Positions 49,626 through 61,910 of a DNA stretch of 64,000 nt are shown piece by piece. This stretch comes from Cycas panzhihuaensis (lineage: Eukaryota > Plantae > Cycadophyta): the NCBI GenBank assembly GCA_023213395.1, contig CM041465.1, forward strand, positions 194,377,741-194,441,740. Reading direction: 5' to 3'. The notes under the pieces are model-generated. The model searched no databases, was not told the origin of the DNA, and was given only the letters and a program-made list of their open reading frames with translations. Made by a program: the position numbers and the translations under genes. Position 1 is the first letter of the stretch; every line of letters begins with the position of its first letter.

Positions 49626-52031
49626 ATCATGCTGCACCCTTCCACTAGTAACCTTGGCCCTTTCCGGTAATCAGGTATCTCTAGATTGAGTCCATTCTAC
49701 TGGTTTGGCAGTGTCCACATAAGCAGGGGCATTCTTTGATGCTTGGAAAGCTCAGATTTTGGCCCAGATTCAGTTGGCTTGTGAGTTGAGAAGGATTTGC
49801 AGCCTTTGTGACAGCATCTTCTTCAACCAGGAGGCTCAAAAATGTATCAGTTACATGATTTGCTCATGTTATTGCTATCAAATGCAATTAATCTTATCTT
49901 CTATTTCTTTCCAGACCAAAGATTGTAGAACATGATAGATGGAACGAATGAAGGATGGAGGGTAACGACTCGCAAAAGCAGAGGAGGGGGTACTTATCTT
50001 TCCCGTACAATGGCAATCGTTCCCATATTGATGGCAGTGGTGGTGTAAAGAAAGGACGTCTGCCTGTTGTTGTTGTGAAGAATCATCTTATCTGTCCCTT
50101 ATTTGTCTTCATCATGGTGGAAGCAAGTTAAGATCAGCCAAGGTTCAAAATCTCTGAGAATTCCTTGATAGAAGAAGAAGTCTATGCAAAAGTTAAGAAA
50201 GGAGTGAATGAAGAGAGAGAGAAATATCAATGCTAAGATCCCTAGAGACCGACTAGGCTCTAATACCAATTGATATGTATTTAGATTCAAGCACCTTTCA
50301 ATCTGCACAAGAATACTAGATTAAGAGGAGGAAAGAAGTGCTTCTCTCTTCATTAATTTCTTCAAGAAATGACTTACATATTTATACAATCTTGAGTTGG
50401 TTATATGTAGGACACATGCATGTTCCATGTAGGACATGTGTCATCTGTGTAACTAATTACTAACTAGGTTCCTTAAGTATCTTGAAAATGATACTTAAAG
50501 AGTATTAAGACTAAGATTATATATGATTATACATAAATACTTATCATATATAAATATTCCTTTGATTACGAAGGATTGGACATTAGACTTTGGCACACAA
50601 ATTCTGAATAAATTAATTTATTTTTCTCATCTTTGTAATTCCTCCTTCTCCTTTGTCTATATTACATCCATCTATACACTTGTGAAATTAAGATATCACT
50701 GATCGAGCACAACATCTAAAGAATGAAAGGATGCTTCAAAGAGAAGATCCGAGGAAGGAAGAAGATATGAGATTATCGCCAGATGAAGCGATCTTAGGTA
50801 CCTCACCCATGCTTGCATTTAATATGATCAACAGTATGATATTTTGTGTGACTTGATGTATGATAAACCTATTGCCCCCCATTAGTAAATTGAATTCAAC
50901 ATAAATAATGTTCATTTGGTCACATTTCTCAGCATTTTAATGTTGGTTTTTTTTTTTTTCAAGAATATAAAGACCGCCATTGATTCATATCAAAACATGA
51001 GAGAAACAGTGCATCAATTAAGAAACATAACACCATGGAATCTCTTTAGTGTTTGTGTTTCCAAAACTAGGGTCTTCTTGATCCCCATGAGTTACTCGAG
51101 CATCATCCCTAGAAAATGCTCCTCTTATCCTCACAGTATCTCTTGCCCACCTAAATGGGGTTTTCTTTTCTCAAAGTTGAGTAATTTGTCGAGTCTTTGT
51201 TGATTACTTAAGCTTCAACTATGAAACTCTAACAATGCCTTTGCAAGCTTCCACCTTGAAGATCTGATAGCACCTCTGTTACAGCCCCTATCTCTACCTA
51301 CGGTTAGTTGTGAATCTACTTAGCAGTAATTCACCTGAGTCTATCAACTAAGCCAACACCAAATGATCTACTTGAACTGTGAAAGCTAAAAGCAAAGTAT
51401 AGTGCAAGCACACTGCAAAAAACATATGCCCAAAAGATACTACTAGTTCAAGAGATTAGAGGTGCCACTTAAATATAATCAAAACATATTTTTCAAATAG
51501 TAGTATTTTGGAACGAAATACATGTTTTACACAACATATTTCTCCGTTAAGTCATCATTCATACACTTGGTTGTAAAAAGGGGGAAAACGAATTGACCGC
51601 CCAACCAACTAAATTCCTAAAGAGAAAAACACCCCCAAGCTAGAGCACATGATATGAACATTAAGGTATTGGTAAACCACTCTGCACTCAATCTCCAAAT
51701 CATATCCAAATGACTTCTTTAGTCAAAAATATACAAACACGCATTGTTGAACTATATTTAAGCCTTGTTATTGTACTTCAACTCACTCAACAACAACTGT
51801 AAATGGCATACCACATATGAATCATTGTTGAATCAATCCCTTTGGACTCTCTCTCTTTGAGTGACCCATGTGTCCCATACCACACAACGCATGACAAATA
51901 ACCCTACATGTATTATCATCGGCTCTCATCTCAATGGGTTGTTTGTTTCATACTACATAACACAGCAACATGAGGCTGTGAATCCATACCCTACAAGCGT
52001 TACTCATGCCCTCACGAACAATAACAAGGGT

Positions 52032-52181
52032 GGGACTCGCTCAACCCTCATAGGAAATGCGACTCACTCAACCCAAGTTCTTGCCACAACCTCAAAGGAA
52101 AGGAGGCTCACTCAATCCAAATTCCTTTCAAATCACAAAGGGGACTTGCTCAACCCTCCTGGAATGGGGACTTGCTCAACC
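52032..52181. repeat. Five dispersed copies of a ~15-bp motif gggact(c/t)gctcaacc
   Basis: Copies near 52032, 52059, 52103, 52141 and 52167 with unequal spacing; probably within an old retroelement remnant. Confidence 0.65.
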
Positions 52182-54779
52182 AAAACCCCACATACTGATC
52201 TAAAATTTAGCACCATCAAAATAGTCCAATGAGATTGACATAGCAATAGATGCATGCATTCATGTCACTAACAAAATTTAGCTCTTTCAAGGGATGGAAT
52301 TAATTTCAAAGAGATTCCAATGGAAACTAATATGCCTATTTCAGAATTTTGCCTTAGAGTATGATCACACTTAACCCACTCAAGCCCACTTCTACGAAAT
52401 TACACAGTAAGATATTTAAGAAAGCTCCACTATGAGCTTCAAGGTTCATCCCTACATCATTCCTATAAATAATAGGCTCAATAACTCGATCTTGGTCACT
52501 CAAAGATTTCAAGTTATTCCTTCCCTTTTGATTTCTTCTGTTTAGGTCTTCTTAATACCATCTTTGTCATACTCCTAGTTCTTTTCCTGAAGAATGATGA
52601 TGCCTAGAGATGGAAGAAGATGGATGAAGATGATCAATGAGAATAAAAAGGAGATGCCTCCAGATGTTAGAAGAGAGATCCCCTTTTTTCTTTCTCTTTT
52701 GACTAAATCCTCTACACTTTGTAAGACGATATGCCATCATTATCAACATCAATTCTTGCTAGGTGGATCTGCCCTATGGTGGTTGCATCCAAATATGCAA
52801 TTATTGCAATTGGTATAACTATCATGTGTATTCTTGTCCAGGTAGCCAAAATATTTCTATGTGGATATCCTTATACATCCCACTTCTTGCCCAGACCTAT
52901 TGGTGCCTTGAATACCTATCCAACCAATATGATATGGCATTAGTCGCTTTCTTGACAAGATGATTCTCAACGAATATGTTAGTGTTTGCCAACTTCGCCC
53001 TTTGCTCTGTCTTATTGTACTCTCAGTACTTAGGCCAATTGTAAATGTTTTTGTGTGAAAATTTTGTTATTCTTGTCTAAGAATGTTGCTCTTCAATTGA
53101 GGATTCTTATGCATCTCAAATCCCTTAGATCTATCCTCTATTTCTTGAGTGACAGTCATTCATTAGAGGCTCGAAAGTCAAGATTTCACCTTACAATCCT
53201 TTGTTTTTGCATTTTCCGATATGATGTGCGAATGTTTGATCTCAAAGGTCTATTTTGCGAAAGTGCGAAGGATGCTCTTTTGTTCATGTCCTTATTTCAT
53301 GACTCCGTACTCAACTGCATGTGTACCTTTTCGATCAATAGCCCGCTTGCAAAATTGCAAGGCACTTCTTTGTTTGCCATTCTGTGTTCCACAACTTCAA
53401 AATTTTGGCTTTGTAACTGTATTTGGAGCCCACATGTTAGTTAACAAAAGAATGGCATCAATTATGATGTCTTTTCACGACTTCACAATCGAATGATTGT
53501 AGGGGCCCACTCACTAGCTTGTTTGCAAAATTGTGAGAGGCTCTCCCCTTTGCCGTTTGTTTCACAACTTTGGAGTTGGGCCCTCAAATGCCCACACTCA
53601 ATGATTCATTTGCAAAATTGCGAGAGATTATTTACTAGCCATCTTACTTCGCAATTTCGTGCTTGAATGTTCTAAGTCCACCTTCAGCTGCTCATTTACA
53701 AATTTGCAAGATGCCTTCTACTCTGAGTTCGCAATTTCGCAATCCAATATCCTCAAGTCTTCACTCAATGACTCATTTCTGGATTTGCAAAGAGCCTCTT
53801 ACTTGAAAAAATTTAACTTGGAAGTCTACTTCAAGTTTTCATGACTTCTTTCTCCAATGCCCATTTTTAGTGCTCCACCACTCGTTGGAAAGCCGAAAAC
53901 CTCCTCTTTCACTTGGTGGATTCATCCTTAGCAAAAATATGTGTTGATCAATTGAATTTTGTTTCCTAAAGAAGTCAAATGGATCTCTATATCTAGCATC
54001 TACCCTTACATTTGGTTTTCCTCTCTATTCTTTCCCCGTTCATATTATGTGCTCCCCCGTTTGTACTGTCCATCTGAGTAATCTGGTTGCTCTTGTATTA
54101 TGCAAGTAACAAACAAAGAATATTTTTTACATTAAATTAAGTGTTGGAAGAAAAGAGATAAATAGCTCAAGTCTAGATGGACTACAACCTAAACACAAAA
54201 CTACTGGCTAAGCTAAAAAACCAAAATGGTGCATCCCCACACTTGGTGAAGCATAAATTGTGCATCCACCTCACATAAAATGAACAAAACTAAAAAAAAA
54301 ATGTTATACCTTACATATTTGCCTATGTTATGCCCTGACCATGGTTAGTGAAGGGCCTAGGTCCTTACAATGCCACACCTAAATCCCTACACCCTGATTT
54401 TGAAGGCAAGAACTAGGCTCCTTAAACCCTTAATACTATGAACCCTCAAACCCAACAACCTTGGATAAACATTTGTTAAGCTTGGTTAACAGGGAGAGTT
54501 ACAACCATCGGTTCACACTTCTTGGAAATCAATAGAAAAAATAGAATATGAACCCTATTCGGGCCTTGTAAATCATTACTCAAGTTAGAGCATTTTGATG
54601 TCCCTTATTATCATCAATTGACACTATGAGAGACCGTCTATTGAGGATAGATTTGTTGCTTTGTGTTATGTGTTGATTGATGTTGATGTATAGACCAAGT
54701 GCAGAGAAAGAGAGGTGACACATAATGAATGTGCAAGATCTTATTGTCAATTGGAAGGGGTTATTGGCATGGGTTTACA

Positions 54780-55250
54780 GGGTTGGTTCCTTCCCCAATA
54801 ACATTAAAAAAACATGAAATGAACCCAAGCAAGGGCAAAATTGTATGGATCACAGAACAGATCTTTTGAATTGGGAGACCAAGTATGCCACAGAGTGAAG
54901 TCAAATAACTCATCCACTCATATGTCAAACAATTTTTCAGTAAAATAATGTGGTCCATTTACAATATTAGAGAATATTGATGATGCAGCTCATAAGCTTC
55001 AATTACCAGCTCATGTTCAAAATCATCCAGTATTTCACCTTAACTTGTTTAAAAAGGGTATTATATAAATTATAGATATGTCAACAAGATGTCAACTTAT
55101 GTTGTTGTTCAAGAAGTGGAACAAGTAGGATACGATCCAGTTAAAATATTGGTGGAAAGTAGCAAGGAAATTATTCAGTACCTGGTAGATGATCTGACAG
55201 ACCCATTAAGAAAGCCACTTCAGAATCTGCAGCCTTTACCAGCGATTCCA
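54780..55250 (+). mobile_element. Highly degraded gypsy integrase C-terminus/chromodomain remnant
   Basis: FELGDQV...CGPFTILENIDDAAHKLQLPAHVQNHPVFHLNLFKK (GPF/Y module). Confidence 0.7.
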
Positions 55251-55549
55251 GCCTCATTTAGGATAATGACCTCTTCTGATTGGGAGCTATGTGATAGGGA
55301 AAAGAAAGGCCTCAAAAACTGCGAGAAAAGGAGCGAGTTGCAGGAGTCAACTCAATCAGAAATCAGTAGCAATGGACCCCACCTGGGCCAAATATAGAAT
55401 GGGTTAGCATTGGGATTGGCCAACCTTGGTCAAAGTGTTAACATTTAAGTTATTTAATTTTATGAATACAAAAGCTGACAGAAACCACATTTGGAGGTGG
55501 TTATATAGACACACTGTCGCCACCTCCTCCTCAGTCTACCCTAAAAATC

Positions 55550-55950
55550 TGTCACGGGTACAGAGTATGCAGACATGCACAGCAAAATTGTATGAACATG
55601 TACATGTACAAAATCATACCAGCAGCCACATGGATTCTATGGGAGTATATGAGCTGTATTGACGAGACCAAGAAGCGTACAAACTGCTACAACAAGCACA
55701 ACCCACTGCCCAGTGCCAAGGTGTGAGGACAACCATAATTAGTAAAGAAACTATTATCAGTAGACTTGATCTGCCCTATTTCGGCTGCAGGGAGACTTGA
55801 TTACGTCTCTGGCGATTTCTAAACCCTAGATCTCTTTTTTATTGTTGTTTTTGCCCACTTTATTTCTGTTCGGATTTCAGTTCTATTTTTGTGTTTGTGG
55901 CAGACTGTGGAGGGCTTTTGTCCCTCAAATATTTGATGCGTATTGTGACG
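55550..55950 (+). mobile_element. Possible LTR fragment
   Basis: tgtcac...gtgacg termini followed by a tgg-containing PBS-like stretch; no partner LTR or TSD. Confidence 0.35.
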
Positions 55951-58410
55951 TGTTGGTGGCATTGCTATAATTCATTTTCTGTATGCTTAGATTTTGATTT
56001 CTGGACAGGACAGATTGTTGTTCAGTATGATTATGGCTGATTTCTAAACCCAGAAGCCATGGTTAACATCTGCCCTGAAACCCTAAAGGCTAAAACAAAC
56101 CCTAAAATTAAAAGGTGGCAATTACACAACAAAGGACAGTAAGCCCTTGTAAGGACAGACCTTAGTCCATACGCATATGTCCAGATACACTTATTGCTGC
56201 ATACCAAAGGCTAGCCATGTATTGGTATTGAAAAGAAATGAAGCAAGCACAACCTTGTGCTTGTGATGATAGGCATGTGCCAACAAAGCTCAAGTGGACT
56301 TGCTTAAAATCCAGCTCAATGATCCAGGGTCTTGTGACTTGCTTGAGAACTATGATCACTCATCAAAACTGACTTGAGTAATCAGAGATTCTGCAAAACT
56401 TGCATTGTCTGCCTACCACACATTTTACGTATACATTGGATTTGAGATATTCTAGTTACTATCTTTAAACAGTTAACATCTATTTCAGGCTTTATAGTTA
56501 AACATAAGGTTCTATCTTGATGCGATATAGCATGGTAATTAATGTTGATGCTTAATTGAGTCCAAGTAATAATCTCCTAACACAATATGCAAAAGCTACT
56601 GAAGAATTGGCAAGAAATCCACATTATCCTCCCAAAGCTTGAGTCATACAAAAATGGCGCTTTTTTAATTCTATTCACTTTTGATGCGCTTTTATAATTT
56701 AAAAGACTGAAGAGAGTGTTACCTTGCATGCACACCCAAGATGGGATCGAAAGCAAGTGTTGCATGTGTAGTGGATTGGCCTGCCCCTAACTAACCCCAA
56801 TTCATCCCAACCAGTTTTCGGCCCACTCAGGTTGGGCGTGAAACCATGTGGGAGGTCTGGAAAGACCCAAGATGGTTTGAGGCCAACTCTAGCCACACAT
56901 AAGGCCGCCCCAAGTACACCAAGACTCTTTGAAATGCACCTGGTCGCATGGTATTCATATATCATTATTTTATTATTATATATGGCAGTGCATCCTTGAC
57001 CTCCTGGGACCTGCCACTGCTAAACCAGGCAAACACAAATTTTGAAGTGCCATGTCAGGCACACACACCAGCCCTGCACGCTAGCAATGAAAGCTTAAAC
57101 GTTTTGGGCAACGTCTGAAGTGCTTCTGAACATCCTTGAGGCTATCCGATACATCTTGGTGAGGTTTGAAATGCACCCATATGTTGACATGCATCAAATC
57201 TAGAAAACAACAATTCAGTTCATAGATCATTTTAAACAGACTTGCCACCCTATTTGCTGATTCAGTGCTATAGAAGTGGTGAGATTTGATAAGAGGGATG
57301 ATCGTGTTATAAAATGCATTGAAAGAAAGTTGCATAAGTTGAAAAGAGCACTAGACAAGTCATAAGATTTAACTAGAAGAAAAAATACATTATAGAGTCC
57401 ATGGCAAGTGAGTTGCACAATGTAGAAAAAAATACTACAATCTACAGAAATGATGTCTGGTGGTTACAAGCGAGTATTAGTTCATGTAAGACCCAAGTTC
57501 AAAATCCCTTATGCACACACACTGATAATTCCTATTGAATAGTTCTTATGTGGGGCATCCAAGACTATATGTGATCCCAAGGAGATTTTGATAGATCAAT
57601 CATCTAAGTCAGTGACATCTCAATCCAGAAAATAAACTTTACCAATGAGCCTGCAGGAGAAGAGAGGGGTGGGGGGTACATGAATATACAGAGGGATGGG
57701 GATACAATTGGGGAAAATAATTTTCAAGTGACATAAAAGAAAGGGAAATTAAGTAAATAATAATCTGAGAAAACAGAAAAAACGTTAGAGCTTATTCGCC
57801 TCTATAACAATAAAACTGTTATGAATGATGTAATATTGTCAATTAATACAGTCAGACCCATCAAAATATTCATCATATTTCCCCTAGAAGGAAAGCTTTT
57901 GCACCAACATCTTATTTCAATTTTTAAAATGTTTAATTAGGGTGACAGGTTTTCACCCCACATGACCTGCTTACTTAGCACCATAGTCACATGAAATGGG
58001 AAACATTTCCAAAATGTTTTGAAATGACAAAGGTAGAAGTTACTTGGAAACGAAATGTTATAGAACATGAAATTCAGTTTTTTTTTTCTTTTGCTTTTGC
58101 TCTGCAAAGTGCGGGGGGGGGGGGGGTGGTGGGGGGTGCGGTGGGTGAAGGGAGGGCAGGGGAGCGAGCAGCGCAGGGGCAGGGGGTGTTGTCTCCGCAG
58201 AGGGAGAAGAGTAGGCATGGAAGGAAACACCAAATGTCCTTTAAAAAAAGTGAAAATGTTGTTTAATGCCCTAGCGATCATATTTCTTGTGATGTGCTTA
58301 ACACAATAACAGTATTACTAGGACAGTTTTCAAGTTTCAACTATCTATTCAAACAAACCACCAAAGATGTATTCTAATACATGATTGTATCAAAATTCCA
58401 ACAAGCATAC

Positions 58411-58442
58411 CTGACTCTATTGTGGAGTTTGCTCCCTCGAAT
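58411..58442 (-). CDS. ARID4: ARID4-like gene, 32-nt coding exon (IRGSKLHNRV + AG of a split Ser codon)
   Basis: Minus strand ttttctgtcAG|ATTCGAGGGAGCAAACTCCACAATAGAGTCAG|GTatgc. The peptide matches the RGSKLHNR motif that precedes SAPPPPL in plant ARID4. The terminal AG joins the T at 17664 to give AGT (Ser) in frame. Confidence 0.9.
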
Positions 58443-58559
58443 CTGACAGAAAAATCACAAGTTGAGTCATCGTAGTCAAATAATTACACAATGTATTGCT
58501 AACAGACTTGACTATATGACTTGAAATTAATGAGAATAGTTTAGCATAAAAATCCAAGC

Positions 58560-58870
58560 TTTTAATTTGGATCCTCAAATATGAAATCAAGATGTCCTTT
58601 TCAATTGATTTGTAGTCCACCTCACAGAATATCTCATTTGTATAAACTCTTGCTAATTTAGTCCCATCTTCCCAATGAGAAGAACAGCCTTTAATTGCTA
58701 TATGTGTCACATACTTTCCTGCCGAATCTCAACTACATGAGGGTCCACTCATTTGAGGCATTTCTCATTTCTTCCATTCAAACAAAAGCTTAAAGGGTTT
58801 TGTTCAAGATAACAAAAGACTATTGGCTACTATGCAATACAAAGAAACGTTAGTGCACAATTCCTCGTAT
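58560..58870 (+). mobile_element. Possible very old hAT transposase C-terminal remnant
   Basis: Weak motifs (AFNLDPQ; P.LIAICV; a degenerate CER...F.HS.K..KRL) spread over several frames. Confidence 0.25.
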
Positions 58871-60483
58871 AAACAACAATTCAAAAGGATCTGGTATCAT
58901 CAGTCAACTTCACAATCACATGTGCAATAAGAAAACAATGCAAGCACCACCTAAAAAGTATCACTTGGCATTTACATAATTTTGTACTGTCCATGATTCC
59001 ATATGAAAGACAGCTTTTGACAGAAATGCATAGCCATTGACATATTGAACATCCAAGACAAATTATTCCTAATAACATTCCATTGCTTGGCATTGTAAAT
59101 GAGCCTCTCATCGATGTGTACGACTTGTCATAAAAACCTCTACTACTCTAAACATGTCATTCACCCCTTGCTCCCGTGCTATTGTTAGAAGCTTCATCCC
59201 AAACGAGTCAAAACACATCTACATACCCCAAAGGACATAAAGAAGCATCCATAGAAGCCCCCAAAAATATATTTTGAGCTCATGCATATGTAACAATCAC
59301 AACAGGTAATTATGAAAAATGAACTGCTCGAAAAGTCATAAAATAAAGTGACTTGTTGAACAAGCAACAAAGTGAAGTTACCACTATCACAAGATTGCAC
59401 TTCCCTCAATGATAATCCTCACTTAATGTCTAAGACCCTCAACTTAACTTCAAAACACCTAAAGAGTATTAAGCACACCATGAAAAATTGTGCACAACAG
59501 GTTGTGAAAAGTGGTGTTATATGGGTGGCTCCTCATTGGAGAAACAGACAACTATCTTCTCAAATAAGACAACTCCTCCACATCTCCAAGAAGAGGCTCC
59601 TCCACAACTTATTTCTATACAAGGACATGATGAGGAGCAAATCATCATGCTATCTCTGTTACAAGTGAAGAGTATCGAACTAAGGAAGTGGAGAGTAGGT
59701 GAAGATAGTAGGAGTAGTAGAAGGTCTTCATCAATGGTGATCATCATCATCAACACCATTCATCCATGGAAAGCCCTAGAGTATACTCAAGGAGAACTAA
59801 GGTACCTTTTTGCATATGTTACATGCATTTACTATACCTATCTTCTTCTTACCCCTCCGTTAAAATTTTACAAGTAGGAAGAGTTCATGTAAATTCCTCT
59901 TTAAACAACAACAAAGGACTTCTTTTTATGAGAGGGTTATATTGGCCAATATTTGAGACTATATGGCTTTAGTATAGTTGTACCACTACTATTAGGGCCG
60001 TATAAAACCCTATCCAACCACGTAAATCCCTCTATTGTGCTGAGTTAATATAGGATTATGTCTCGATAAGATTTTATTGAGTTTTTATGGTGAAAAATGG
60101 CATTCTTGGGAGTATCTATAGGGCAAATGGATGTATACATAGTGGTTGTATGGCCTGCTAGGTAATACAGACCATAGACCCTCATAAATACAACCCTAGA
60201 ATCATCATTAATGATTTCATGAGTGCTAGAAGTGATTTGATGGAATTTGGCTAGCGTTTTATGGCTTAACCTGAAGTACATACAATGAAATGTCACCCAA
60301 AAAGGCACACTAATGGCTGCCCGTGGCTATATACATGGCAGTTGTATAGCCTATTGTGTATATAAAGCATACAGGATGTGGGAATCCCAAGAGGGATTCA
60401 CACCAAATTAACCCGAAACACACAGATCTATGTTACTTTACAAAACAAGTCCAAATATATCAGGTAATATTATGACAATTCTA

Positions 60484-61906
60484 TGTGGAATATAACAAAA
60501 CGCAAGCATTCGCTAAAGATACTGATCATAGAAATAATAATGGCAGCTCAATATTATTCACCAAAATGTCCAAACTTACAATCACAGCGCATACCCTCTT
60601 CGAGGCAAGGTGTGCTCTTAGAACAGATCCCACTAAGGCTGAAAATAGTAGACTAGATTATCTTCCCCTTTTGATGATTTTCAATTAGGGGTGGGATGCC
60701 CTCTATATAGGTGAAATCAAAGTTTAAAGTTAGAAGTCAATTTTGTTGAGGTTAGCCGGAATTAAGAGAGAGAGAGAGGAAGCCAACCAGATTTAAGAAA
60801 GAAACAAATGAAAAGTAGAACATTAAGCGCAAAAGTTGACTTAGCATTTGGAGGAAATGCTACAAGCGCCATCCCCCACCCCCACCCCCTCCTCTGAAAA
60901 AGATGCTTTGCCCTCAAAGCATGGGAAGGTGAAAATGCTGCTAGTACACTACTTATGATCCCCAGGCAGCATCTTCCTTATCAAGGTCTTTCCACTTGAT
61001 CAAATACTAATGAATCTTGCTTGGTCTAAACCTAGAAAATCCCCTCACATTCCACAATCAACTTTTCTTCCTCATCCAATACTAGAGGTTTCATTTGTGT
61101 TCTTGTAGTTTGTCCCAACTTCAGTTTGAGAGAAAAGACATGGAATGTATTGTGCACTTTGCTACTTGGCAGTAGATCGAGTCAGTCAGCTCCTTCCCCT
61201 ACCTTGTTCAATATGTGATACGGCCTATAAAACCACAATTGCAATTTGAGTCTCCTTGTTTGCTTTAGGGTAGATTATTTGTATGGCTGAAGACTCGAGA
61301 ATACCCAATTGCCTTCTGCAAATGATCCTTTTGACTTGTGTAAATCAACTTGCTACTTCATGCAGTTCCTTACTAAGTTGAAATTGTGTTTCAAAATTTG
61401 TAATGTCTAAGTCATTTGTTGTTGTTGGTCATGTACTACAAGAACTATTTCCCCATGTGAGAAAGGATGAAGGCTCATAACCATATAGTGCCTGAAAGGG
61501 TGTCATCTTTGTTGAAATGTGATAGGTGGTCTTGTACCACCATTCAACCAAATGTAACCATTTATGCCAATGTTGCTTATTAGATGAAAATTTCCAAAGA
61601 TAGTCGTCCAAACATTTATTAACTGCTTCTATCATCTATCTATGATTGATAAGCTATGCTCACTGTGAGTTCAGTAGCTACCTATCAGAACATCTCCTAC
61701 CTAAGGTTGCTTGTGAATTTTAGGTCGCAATCACTCATTATGACCTTGGCAAATCTATGTAGCTAATAGACTTCCTTAACAAATAAATCAACTATCTAGT
61801 TTACCTTAGTTGTTAATTGAGTACCTCTGAAATGTGCATGCTTTGTTAATCGATCCATTACCATAAAAATTGAGTATTTACCTTCGGATTTGGGAAGGCC
61901 TGTGAT
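60484..61906 (-). mobile_element. Gypsy chromovirus 3' end: integrase, chromodomain, PPT and 3' LTR (~60484-60864)
   Basis: ITGLPKSEGKYSIFMVMDRLTKHAHF; ORF 61429..61635 (WLHLVEWWYKTTYH...TPFQALYGY); purine tract 60870-60895 on the minus strand. Confidence 0.8.
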
Positions 61907-61910
61907 ACAG

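Larger units (their letters stand above)
46750..50546 (-). mobile_element. Non-autonomous LTR retroelement (probably gypsy/chromovirus-derived) carrying host gene fragments
   Basis: 276-bp LTRs at 46750-47025 and 50271-50546 (~9 differences); PBS gctctaatacca 50257-50268; PPT tttcctccct 47026-47035; TSD TATAT on both sides; no gag/RT; only a chromodomain-tail-like remnant (EEATL...F..F...LGQFLFNQGGN) next to the PPT. Confidence 0.93.
17665..58410 (-). other. 40,746-bp GT-AG intron of the ARID4-like gene, filled with LTR retrotransposons
   Basis: Defined by the frame-compatible splice sites of the 32-nt exon and the 17664 exon. Confidence 0.88.

Noticed and set aside
57643-57650. GCTCATTG as a constitutive ARID4 exon (GSL motif)
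   Set aside because: The GSL motif lies upstream of RGSKLHNR in ARID4, and the 58411->17664 splice already restores the frame.
57938-58273. hAT MITE bounded by TAGGG...CCCTA
   Set aside because: The TIR match is only about 5 bp and there is no 8-bp TSD.
50550-60480. Many short ORFs (60-130 aa) as host genes
   Set aside because: They have no recognisable domains or splice-supported structure apart from the 32-nt ARID4 exon, consistent with intronic or decayed repeat DNA.
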